From positions 2,307,630 through 2,371,629 of the forward strand of contig JADJEE010000012.1 of assembly GCA_016709225.1 (NCBI GenBank): a DNA stretch of 64,000 nt, in the 5' to 3' direction. Below, in pieces: positions 45,834 to 54,026 of this stretch (its first letter is position 1; every line of letters starts with the position of its first letter). The DNA comes from Deltaproteobacteria bacterium (GTDB taxonomy: Bacteria > Myxococcota_A > Polyangia > Nannocystales > Nannocystaceae). Made by a program: the position numbers and the translations under genes. A model generated the notes under the pieces. That model worked only from the letters and a program-made list of their open reading frames with translations, did no database searches and was not told where the DNA came from.

Positions 45834-46934
45834 CTAGAACGGGCCCTTGAAGCTGGGGTGCGGGATGTCGAGGGGTCGATCTTCGCGGTGTTGCGCGAGC
45901 TTGCTCGCAACCGCCTCGGTGACGCTGCGCGGCAGACCCACGAGCTCTCCGATGGTCTCGGCGATCTTCGGCGAGCGCGGGTAGTAGTGCTGGGAGAGTG
46001 CGCTCGAGCTGGGCGTGGGGTGCTCGGGCAAGCCGATCCGGCGGGGGGCGGCGCGCAGATCGTCGAACGCACCCGCGACGGTCTGCGCGATGACCTCGGC
46101 GCCGATGCCATAGCCGGCGTGGCCGGTGTCGACGGTGAGCAGGCGACCCGTGCGTCGCACGGACTCGACGATGGCGTCGGTCTGCAGCGGTCGCAGCACG
46201 CGGAGGTCGAACAGCTCGACGCCGCAGCCGGCCTCGGCCAGCGCCTGTGCGGCCTGCAGCGCCTCCAGCGTCATGTACGAGGTCGCAACCACGGTGACGT
46301 CGTCGCCCGAGGTCAGCTTGCGCGGGCCATCGAGCGGTAGCGGGGCATAGCCGGGATCGATCGCGCCCTCGGCGTAGTGCACCCAGCGGTGCTCGATGAT
46401 GACGACGGGACCATCATCTTCGATCGCACCCAGCAGCAGGCCCTTGGCGTCGCGGGCACACGAGGGCATCACGACCTTCAGGCCCGGGATGTGGGCGAAC
46501 AACACCTCGAGGCTCTGCGAGTGCGCGGGCCCCTGGCCCCAACCGCGCCCGACGATGAGCCGCACCGTGATCGGCACCCGGTGTCGACCGCCGGAGACGT
46601 AGTGCATCTTGGCGGCGTTGTTCACCAGCTGCTCCATCGCGAGCAGCGTGAACTCGACGCGCTGGTGCACGAGCAGCGGTCGCTGGCCCGCCAACGCGGC
46701 ACCGATCGCGGCGCCGGTCCAGCCGTTCTCGGCGATCGGCATCTCGAGCACGCGGTCGGCACCGAAGCGCTCGCGCAGGCCCGAGGTGGTGCCGAACACG
46801 CCCTTGGGATCGGTCACGCCCTCGCCCATGACGAACACGCGCGGATCGTGCTCCATCGCGAGCACGGTGGCCTCGTGGATCGCATCGGCCGCGTGGGTGA
46901 CACGGGCTCGGTTGTCGCGTGCGAGCTCAGGCAT
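45834..46934 (-). CDS. TPP-dependent dehydrogenase E1 component, beta subunit (transketolase-like)
   Basis: EHDPRVFVMGEGV...FGADRVLEMPIAENGWTGAAIGAALAGQRP...VVIIEHRWVHY. Confidence 0.85.
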   Translation of the reverse strand: MPELARDNRARVTHAADAIHEATVLAMEHDPRVFVMGEGVTDPKGVFGTTSGLRERFGADRVLEMPIAENGWTGAAIGAALAGQRPLLVHQRVEFTLLAMEQLVNNAAKMHYVSGGRHRVPITVRLIVGRGWGQGPAHSQSLEVLFAHIPGLKVVMPSCARDAKGLLLGAIEDDGPVVIIEHRWVHYAEGAIDPGYAPLPLDGPRKLTSGDDVTVVATSYMTLEALQAAQALAEAGCGVELFDLRVLRPLQTDAIVESVRRTGRLLTVDTGHAGYGIGAEVIAQTVAGAFDDLRAAPRRIGLPEHPTPSSSALSQHYYPRSPKIAETIGELVGLPRSVTEAVASKLAQHREDRPLDIPHPSFKGPF

Positions 46935-47940
46935 GGACGGACTCCGCGATCGTGTGCGGCGCGGGGAACGGCGCGGCAAGGGCTGCAGCGAAGGCCGTGT
47001 CGATCTCGGCGGCGATCTCCGCCTCCATCGTCGACAACGCCTCCTCGTCGAGCTCGGCGGTCTCGATGAGTTCGTTGGTGAAGCGCGCGATCGGACAGCG
47101 CGCGGCCCAGCGCGCCAGCTCGCCCGGCGGGCGATAGCCGAGGTGATCGTCGTCGGCCGGCCCGCAGTGTTCGAGCAGGCGATAGGTGTGCGCGATGATG
47201 AGGCTCGGGCCCTCGCCCCGACGCGCGCGCATGGTCGCGTGGGTCATGGCGCCGCGCACCGACAGGACGTCGTTGCCGTCGACCTCCATCGCCGGCATGC
47301 CGTGGGCGTCGGCGAATGCCGACAGCGGACGCACCGGCTGCCGCTGCGACAGCGGCGTATAGACCGAGTAGAGGTTGTTCTCGAGCACGAACACCAGCGG
47401 CAGCCGGCCGGTCGCGGCCAGGTTGGCGCTCTCGTGCACGACACCCTCCTCGAGCGCGCCGTCACCGAAGAACGCCACCGACACGCCGTTGTCCCGGCGC
47501 TGCTTCGAGGCCAGCGCCAGGCCCACGCCGAGCGGCACGTTGCCGCCCACGATCGGCACGCTGGCCATCACGCCGGCATTGTCGTCGAACAGATGCATCG
47601 AGCCGCCGCGACCACTGCAGCAGCCGGTGACCTTGCCGTGCAGCTCGGCGATCATGCCCTCGAGATCGCCTCCCTTGGCGAGGTAGTGCGCGTGGCAACG
47701 GTGGGTGCTGACGATGCGATCGGTGCGTCGCAGCACCGAGCACGCTCCGACCGCCGCCGCCTCCTGGCCGATCGAGAGGTGCACCGGGCAGCGCATGCGA
47801 CCGGCCGGGTACTCGCGGGCGATGCGTTCTTCGACCCGACGGATGCGGATCATCTGGCGCAGTAGCTCGCGGCGCTCGAGCGCCGCGGGCACCGCGTGGA
47901 CACCGGCTCGGGGCAGGCCCAATTCGTAGAGTTCGTCCAT
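46927..47940 (-). CDS. TPP-dependent dehydrogenase E1 component, alpha subunit
   Basis: MRCPVHLSIGQEA...GCCSGRGGSMHLFD...GGNVPLGVGLA...FFGDGALEEGVVHESANLA contains the TPP-binding GDG...N motif. It overlaps the beta gene start by 8 nt. Confidence 0.85.
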   Translation of the reverse strand: MDELYELGLPRAGVHAVPAALERRELLRQMIRIRRVEERIAREYPAGRMRCPVHLSIGQEAAAVGACSVLRRTDRIVSTHRCHAHYLAKGGDLEGMIAELHGKVTGCCSGRGGSMHLFDDNAGVMASVPIVGGNVPLGVGLALASKQRRDNGVSVAFFGDGALEEGVVHESANLAATGRLPLVFVLENNLYSVYTPLSQRQPVRPLSAFADAHGMPAMEVDGNDVLSVRGAMTHATMRARRGEGPSLIIAHTYRLLEHCGPADDDHLGYRPPGELARWAARCPIARFTNELIETAELDEEALSTMEAEIAAEIDTAFAAALAAPFPAPHTIAESVHA

Positions 47941-47944
47941 GACG

Positions 47945-48955
47945 TCACTTCAGGTTCGCGACCTGCATGCGCTTGATGTTGTGGTAGAGTGGATCGTTCA
48001 TCGCGTCGGGCACCTTGCCGGCCGCGAACGCATCGCACAGCTCGCGCACGGCGTCGGCGATGGTGTGGCGGGGCGCGAGCCCGATGCGAGTGCGGAGCTT
48101 GTCGTCGGTGACGTGGTACGAACGGTTGTCGTTGGTCGGCACCACCTCGAACTCGATGCCCGGATCGACGTTGCGTCGGACCACGTCGGCCAGCTCGCGC
48201 ACCGTGAGGTTCTCGTTGCCAGCATTGAAGATCTCGCGATCGACGAGCTCGTCGGGCTGCACCAGCAGGTCGAGGTAGACCGCGACCATGTCGGCGATGT
48301 GGATGTTCGGCCGCATCTGCTCGCCACCGAACACGCGGATGCGGCGGTTGTGCCACGCGTGCGCAGTGAGGATGTTGACCACGAGGTCGAGGCGGAGCCG
48401 CTTGGCATAGCCACACACCGTCGAGGGCCGCACCGTCACCGTCACGAAGCCCGGTGCAGACTCCTGCGCCAGCACCTGCTCGCACAGCGCCTTGTACTTC
48501 GAGTAGTCGGTCAGCGGCTCGAGCGGCAGGTCCTCGGTCACCGCCGACTCCTGCTTCACGCCGTACACGCTCGATGACGACGCGTACACGAAGCGCTTCA
48601 CACCGGCCTGCTTGGCGGCCTGCACCAGCGGACGGAACGCGTCGTAGTTGATCGAGCGGCCGAGTGCGGGGTCGAGGTCGTAGGACGGGTCGTTCGAGAT
48701 GCACGCGAGGTGGATGACCGCGTCGACCCCCTGCATCGCACGCGCGACCGCCTCGGGATCGCGGATGTCACCCTCGATCTCCACGAGATCGGGGGTACGC
48801 ACGTCGTCGAAGAGGTCGCGGCCGTAGAGGTAGAGATCGAGCACGGTCACGCGATAGCCCTCGCGCAACAGCGCGGGCACCAGCGCACTACCGACATAGC
48901 CGGCGCCGCCGGTCACGAGCACGTGTTCGATGGGGGGACGAGTCGGGGCAATCAT
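47945..48955 (-). CDS. NAD-dependent sugar epimerase/dehydratase (extended SDR)
   Basis: VLVTGGAGYVGSALV (Rossmann fold) and YSKYK (YxxxK). The ATG is at MIAPTRPP. The upstream ~140 codons of the track ORF are Arg/Pro-rich filler. Confidence 0.85.
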   Translation of the reverse strand: MIAPTRPPIEHVLVTGGAGYVGSALVPALLREGYRVTVLDLYLYGRDLFDDVRTPDLVEIEGDIRDPEAVARAMQGVDAVIHLACISNDPSYDLDPALGRSINYDAFRPLVQAAKQAGVKRFVYASSSSVYGVKQESAVTEDLPLEPLTDYSKYKALCEQVLAQESAPGFVTVTVRPSTVCGYAKRLRLDLVVNILTAHAWHNRRIRVFGGEQMRPNIHIADMVAVYLDLLVQPDELVDREIFNAGNENLTVRELADVVRRNVDPGIEFEVVPTNDNRSYHVTDDKLRTRIGLAPRHTIADAVRELCDAFAAGKVPDAMNDPLYHNIKRMQVANLK

Positions 48956-49143
48956 GATCCACTCCGCGCAAACTTCGTAGTGAAGCGGACCGCCGTCTGC
49001 CAGGGGACCGCACCCCCGGGCCGCACTGGAACCGACGGCCCCGATCGGGCCACCTTCGCTGGTAGACTGCGGCAGCCAAGCCCGTGAGCCCATCGGATCC
49101 TTCGCAAGGCCAGGCGCCGGCCCGCGCTCCTCGTGCACGTGGG

Positions 49144-49695
49144 ATGGCATTCCTCGGCCTGCTGAAGCAGCTTCGCGCGCGCTTCGGGGCCGACGCCGTC
49201 GCCGCGGCCTTGCCGACGTGGGGCGACGAGCTGGCCGCGATCTGCGGCGAGCGGCTATCGAAGACCGAGTGGTACCCCTACGCCGCGTTCGTGCAGCTGC
49301 TGGAGGGCTCGGAGCGCGACTTCGGCGATGGCGACGGCGCGCTGGTGTCGGTGCTCGGCGAGGGCGCGGCACGCAGCGATCTCGGCGGTGGCGCGTTCTC
49401 GATCCTGCGTGTGCTGGCCTCGCCCCGCCACCTCATCGGCTCCTGCGAGCGGGTGTGGCCGCGCTACTACGAGCACGCCGGTCGCATGGTCGCGCTCGCG
49501 ACCGAGCCGAACGACACCGTGCTGCGCATCCTCGACTTCCCGAGCATGGCCCGGCTGCACTGCCGCATGATGGAAGGGTGGATGATCTCGGCGATGGCTC
49601 AGCTCGGCGCACGCGTGGCGCCGGGGGGCCGTGAGACCGTCTGCGTGAGCGACGGCGGCCCGTTCCACGAGTTTCGTTGCCGCTGGACCACGTGA
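49144..49695 (+). CDS. Myxobacterial paralogous-family protein (DUF2378/TIGR02265-like, tentative)
   Basis: Paralogue of the 38126..38722 product. It lies on the opposite strand, inserted inside the sugar cluster. The start may instead be the upstream ATG at 49084. Confidence 0.5.
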   Translation: MAFLGLLKQLRARFGADAVAAALPTWGDELAAICGERLSKTEWYPYAAFVQLLEGSERDFGDGDGALVSVLGEGAARSDLGGGAFSILRVLASPRHLIGSCERVWPRYYEHAGRMVALATEPNDTVLRILDFPSMARLHCRMMEGWMISAMAQLGARVAPGGRETVCVSDGGPFHEFRCRWTT

Positions 49696-49705
49696 TCGCG
49701 GACGT

Positions 49706-50371
49706 TCAGGTCCCGACGCGCGCCAGCGGCGATGGGGCTGCGATCGCCACCGACGCTTCGTTGCGACGCTGGCCGGCCGCGACCGCGTGGGTCAGCCAGC
49801 TGGTCATCATGTGCGAGAGCACGCCGTGCGCCCCCTCGACCAGGCCGTAGTCGCGACACGGCACGAGAATCGGGAAGTCGCACAGCGCCATCGCCTTGCC
49901 GCCCTCGAAGCCAAGGAAGCCGACCGTGATCACGCCCTGGGCGCGGGCGACCTGCAGGGCCTCGACGACGTTGGGCGAGTTGCCGCTGGCGGTGATCACG
50001 ATGAGGACGTCGCCCTCACTCGCCGCCGTGCGCAGCGGCTCCGAGAACACGCAATCGAAGGTCTCGTCGTTGGCCCACGCCGTCATGCGCGCGACATTGT
50101 CGACCAGCGAGTGCACGCGAAAGCGCTTGCGCGCGCTGCGGGGGTCCTTGCCGCTGACGGTCTTCTCGAAGTCGCACGCCAGATGACTGGCCGCCGACGC
50201 GCTGCCGCCGTTGCCAGCCACGAACACCCACGCCCCGCGCTCGTACGCGGCCAGCAGCGCGCGATTGGCCGCGATGACCTGCGCCTGGTCGATGCGGGCG
50301 AGTACCTCACCGACGCTCGCGAGGTAGGTCTGCGTGAAGAGGTCGATGCCGTACTCGTTGTCGTCGTTCAT
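49706..50371 (-). CDS. gmhA: D-sedoheptulose-7-phosphate isomerase GmhA (SIS domain)
   Basis: The 221-aa product carries a SIS fold (VFVAGNGGSASAASHLACDF...ITASGNSPNVVEA...). The ATG is at MNDDNEY. Confidence 0.85.
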   Translation of the reverse strand: MNDDNEYGIDLFTQTYLASVGEVLARIDQAQVIAANRALLAAYERGAWVFVAGNGGSASAASHLACDFEKTVSGKDPRSARKRFRVHSLVDNVARMTAWANDETFDCVFSEPLRTAASEGDVLIVITASGNSPNVVEALQVARAQGVITVGFLGFEGGKAMALCDFPILVPCRDYGLVEGAHGVLSHMMTSWLTHAVAAGQRRNEASVAIAAPSPLARVGT

Positions 50372-51129
50372 GGGCGCGCTCTCGCGATGGCGAAGGGGTC
50401 GGAGGCAAGGGTGCCGGCCGCGATCGCCTCGCGGGCGAGCTCGAGGCGGGCGGGGGAGTCGATCGCAACGCGGAAGCCGTCGAGCCGCTGGGCCGCCAGG
50501 CGACCGCTGCGGGCCAGCGTCGGGAACACGTGGGCCGGCAGGTCGCAGATCGGCAGCGATGGAATCGCCGCGCGTGCCCGCGGCGACAGCACGCACACGC
50601 CCGAGAACGCCCACCACGGGATGTGCCCCTGCGCGACGCGGGTCGGACGCTCGAGGAAGTCGACCACGCGGTCGTCGGCGTCGAGCACCGCGCGGCTGTT
50701 GGTGCCGATGCGCTGGTGCACGAGGATGGTGCCCCAGGCCTGCTGCTGGCGGTGGTGCGCGAGCAGGCCCGCGAGGTCGTGGTCGGTCAGCACATCGCCG
50801 TAGTGGACCAGGAGATCGTCGTCCTCGCCGAAGCACTCGGCGAGCTCGCGCACGGTGCCCGCGGTGCCGCGCGGCGCAGACTCGTGCACGAAGTGCACCC
50901 GCACGCCGTGCCGTGAGCCGTCGCCGAGCACGGGGAAGAAGCGCTCGGCGAGGTGGTGGATGTTGATCCACACGTCGGACACGCCGGCGATCGCGAGCCG
51001 GGCGACGATGTGCTCGAGGATCGAACGATCGCCCACCGATAGCAGCGGCTTGGGCGTGTCCTCGCACAGCGCGCCCAGGCGCGTGCCGAAGCCCGCACAC
51101 GGCACCAACGCGTTCAGCCGACGAGCCAC
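50368..51129 (-). CDS. Sugar-1-phosphate nucleotidyltransferase (heptose-1-P guanylyl/adenylyl-transferase candidate)
   Basis: GxGTRL motif (LVPCAGFGTRLG), with PKPLL and VGDRSILE. The start is uncertain; the GTG chosen would overlap the upstream stop. Confidence 0.7.
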   Translation of the reverse strand: MARRLNALVPCAGFGTRLGALCEDTPKPLLSVGDRSILEHIVARLAIAGVSDVWINIHHLAERFFPVLGDGSRHGVRVHFVHESAPRGTAGTVRELAECFGEDDDLLVHYGDVLTDHDLAGLLAHHRQQQAWGTILVHQRIGTNSRAVLDADDRVVDFLERPTRVAQGHIPWWAFSGVCVLSPRARAAIPSLPICDLPAHVFPTLARSGRLAAQRLDGFRVAIDSPARLELAREAIAAGTLASDPFAIARARP

Positions 51130-51713
51130 TGTGCGGCCTCCATCAGCGTCGAGCAGCAGTGGTCGGCGGGGGCCGGCGTCACCCGCAGTGCCGACACGAT
51201 GGCCGGGTCGTCGTGGCGACCGCTGTGCAGCCACACGGTGCGACAGCCGGCCGCCTGACCCGCCGCGACGTCCGAGGGACGATCACCGATCATGATGGAC
51301 TCATGGGGATCGAGGCCGAGCTCGGCAATGGCCCGCAGCAACATCCCGGGCGCCGGCTTGCGGCACGTGCACGCGACCCGGTACGCCTCGAGATCGGCGT
51401 TGGGGTGGTGTGGGCACAGGTAGAACGCGGCCAGCGGCACACCACCGCGCTCGACGATGGTGGCCTCGATCCGCTGTTGCAGCGTGCGAACCGCCAGCTC
51501 GTCGAGCAGCCCGCGGGCGATCACGGTCTGGTTGCTGATGCCGACGAGCACGTAGCCCGCGGCATGCAAGCGTGCCAGCGCGGCGGGCACGTCGTCGGGG
51601 ATCTCGGCGTCTTCGAAGCGGGCCAGCGGTCCACGGTCGTGCACGAGCACGCCGTCACGGTCGAGGAACACCGCGCGACGGCGCGGCGTGCCCTCGACCT
51701 CGGGCGTGCTCAC
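51114..51713 (-). CDS. gmhB: D-glycero-D-manno-heptose 1,7-bisphosphate phosphatase GmhB (HAD)
   Basis: VFLDRDGVLV (DxD motif), GISNQ and GDRPSD are present. A GTG start overlaps the upstream stop. Confidence 0.75.
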   Translation of the reverse strand: MSTPEVEGTPRRRAVFLDRDGVLVHDRGPLARFEDAEIPDDVPAALARLHAAGYVLVGISNQTVIARGLLDELAVRTLQQRIEATIVERGGVPLAAFYLCPHHPNADLEAYRVACTCRKPAPGMLLRAIAELGLDPHESIMIGDRPSDVAAGQAAGCRTVWLHSGRHDDPAIVSALRVTPAPADHCCSTLMEAAQWLVG

Positions 51714-52804
51714 GGCCGCACCCCGGCGACGCGCAGCTGCGGCACGCCGGTGAGCTCGCGCAGCGAAGCCAGCAGCGTCGCGCGTCGGATCGACGCGCTG
51801 TTGCCCATCACGGCCACCATCTGCGCCCCGGCGAGGTTGCCCAGGATGCCGGCGATGTTGGGCTCGAGACCGGCCGCGATCGCCATCGACGACAGCGCGA
51901 GCACGGCGTCGCCGGCCCCGATGCGCTCGACGACGGTGTCGGCGAGCGCGGGGCAGCGATGGATGCCCGACCCGCGGGACCACAGCATGGTGCCATGCTT
52001 GCCGAGCGTGGCCATCATCGCGCGAGCCCCCATCCGCACCGCGGTGCGCTCGAGCAGGGGTGCGAGGTCGCTGGTGAGGTCACGGGCGTCGAGCCGCAGC
52101 TCGCCCTCGTGCAGGCACGCGTAGTCGGCCCGCGGGTACTTCGAGAGCACGTGATAGCCGGTGTTCGCCGCGTTCAGCTGGGTGTTCACCGCCAGGAACG
52201 GCGCCTTCGCGGTCAGCAGGTCCACCGCCGCGGGCGTCAGCAGGCCGTGGCCGTAGTCGGTGACGATGCAGAGGTCGCAGCGCGAGAGCGCGTCGTCGAG
52301 CCGACGCAGGAACGCCCGCTCGTCGTCGCCGGCGATGGGCGTGAGGTCCATGTGGTAGACGCCCATCATCTTCGCGCGGGAGTAGGCATCGATGTAGCGT
52401 CGCTTCACGATGGTGGGGGATCCCGTCATCGTGGCGAAGCTCGCGCGCACGTGGCCCCGCAGCGACTGTCGCACGAACTCCTCGCGCGGCTCGACGGTGC
52501 CGAGCGCACTGACGACCTCGACGTCGCCACAGAACTCGGCGACATGGTTGGCGACCGCGAGCACACCGCCGGCCTGCGCATCGCAGCGCAGGAAGCGGTT
52601 CACGATCATCGGCTCCTTGCCGCTCTTGCCGATCGCGTCGCAGTACGCGTACTCGTCGATGATGGTCTCGCCGACCACCGCCACGCGCAGGCCCTGCATC
52701 GATTGCAGGCCGTCGTGGATGTCCTCGAGCGAGAGGCTGGCGGCGATCTGCTCGCGGGTCGGAGTGCGATCGTCGAACGAGGTGCGATCGTCAAGCTGAG
52801 ACAT
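51710..52804 (-). CDS. PfkB-family sugar kinase (heptose-7-phosphate kinase, HldE domain-I-like)
   Basis: The N-terminus VAVVGETIIDEY resembles the RfaE kinase domain, and GAGDAVLA is the PfkB motif. A GGAGGA lies 5 nt upstream of the MSQLDD ATG. Confidence 0.75.
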   Translation of the reverse strand: MSQLDDRTSFDDRTPTREQIAASLSLEDIHDGLQSMQGLRVAVVGETIIDEYAYCDAIGKSGKEPMIVNRFLRCDAQAGGVLAVANHVAEFCGDVEVVSALGTVEPREEFVRQSLRGHVRASFATMTGSPTIVKRRYIDAYSRAKMMGVYHMDLTPIAGDDERAFLRRLDDALSRCDLCIVTDYGHGLLTPAAVDLLTAKAPFLAVNTQLNAANTGYHVLSKYPRADYACLHEGELRLDARDLTSDLAPLLERTAVRMGARAMMATLGKHGTMLWSRGSGIHRCPALADTVVERIGAGDAVLALSSMAIAAGLEPNIAGILGNLAGAQMVAVMGNSASIRRATLLASLRELTGVPQLRVAGVRP

Positions 52805-53852
52805 TGCGTCCTCCATGGGCGGCCGCCCCGAGGTGTCGAAACCACGCGTCGGTCGCGACCGCAATCGACTCCGGCGTCCACACCGGCGCGTCGCGCCAGT
52901 CGTCGATGTGCGAGAGCAGTCGTGCGACGCCCTCTTCGATGCCCACCTTGGCGTGCCACCCGAGCAGGCGCTCGATCAGGCCGGTGTCGGCGTGGGTCCG
53001 GTCGGGCTCGCCGGGGCGCTTGGGCAGGTGCACGACGGGGCCGCCGAGCAACCGCACGATGTCGGCCACCGCGACCGGTCGACCGGTGCCGACGTTCATC
53101 GCGACCCCGCAGATCGAGCTCTCGGCCGCGCACACGAAGGCATCGACCACGTCGGTCACGTAGGTGAAGTCGCGCGACTGCGAGCCGTCGCCGACCACCG
53201 TATAGGGCTTGCCGGCCAGGCGCTGCGCGAGGAAGACCCCGAACATCGCGCCGTAGGTGCCGCTGGTGCGTGCGCGCGGCCCGTAGACGTTGAAGAGCCG
53301 CAGCGCCACCACCGGCAGGCCGTAGACCTGCCCCCAGTGCATCACCGCCTGCTCACCGAGATACTTGGTGAGGGCGTAGGGGTACTGCGGTCGGCAGGGC
53401 GCCTGCTCCGGCGTCGGGTAGTGCTCGGGGATGCCGTAGCACGATGACGACGCGGCGTAGAGGAAGCGCTCGACCCCCGCCGCGCGGGCAGCCTCGAGCA
53501 CCGCCATGGTGCCGTCGACGTTTGCGTGGGCATACGCGAGCGGCGACTCGATGGAGGGCACGATGTCGGCGAGCGCGGCGAGGTGGAACACGCGCTGGCA
53601 GCCCTGCACGATCGGCCGCACCGCCGCGATGTCGGCGACGTCGACCCGATGGAACTCGAGCGCGGGGTTGCCTTCGTGGTGCGCGAGGTTGCTCAGCCGA
53701 CCGATCGAGAGATCGTCGAGCACCCGCACTCGCCAGCCCTCCGCGAGCAGCCGATCGCAGAGGTGGCTGCCGATGAAGCCCGCACCGCCGGTCACCAGCG
53801 CGGTTCCGCGGTGGCCCTGCTGCGCGCCCTTTGCCGTGTCGGTGTCGTCCAA
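52791..53852 (-). CDS. NAD-dependent epimerase/dehydratase (UDP-glucuronate decarboxylase / heptose 6-epimerase-like)
   Basis: ALVTGGAGFIGSHL, YALTKY, DGSQSRDFTYVTDV. A TTG start with GGGAG 8 nt upstream is proposed. Confidence 0.8.
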   Translation of the reverse strand: MDDTDTAKGAQQGHRGTALVTGGAGFIGSHLCDRLLAEGWRVRVLDDLSIGRLSNLAHHEGNPALEFHRVDVADIAAVRPIVQGCQRVFHLAALADIVPSIESPLAYAHANVDGTMAVLEAARAAGVERFLYAASSSCYGIPEHYPTPEQAPCRPQYPYALTKYLGEQAVMHWGQVYGLPVVALRLFNVYGPRARTSGTYGAMFGVFLAQRLAGKPYTVVGDGSQSRDFTYVTDVVDAFVCAAESSICGVAMNVGTGRPVAVADIVRLLGGPVVHLPKRPGEPDRTHADTGLIERLLGWHAKVGIEEGVARLLSHIDDWRDAPVWTPESIAVATDAWFRHLGAAAHGGRNVSA

Positions 53853-54026
53853 CGTGCGATCTCCCGCTGACGGGAGGTTCGTAGTGACGTGGACCGGCCC
53901 GTGCCAGTGCCAGGGCGGCGGGGCGCCCCACTTCGACGCGTCCGCGGGCCGCAATCGGGACGCCCATGGCCGCCGCGCGTCCGCTCGGACGGCGCACGAC
54001 GGGGATCCTGCGGCGAAGCGACGCGG

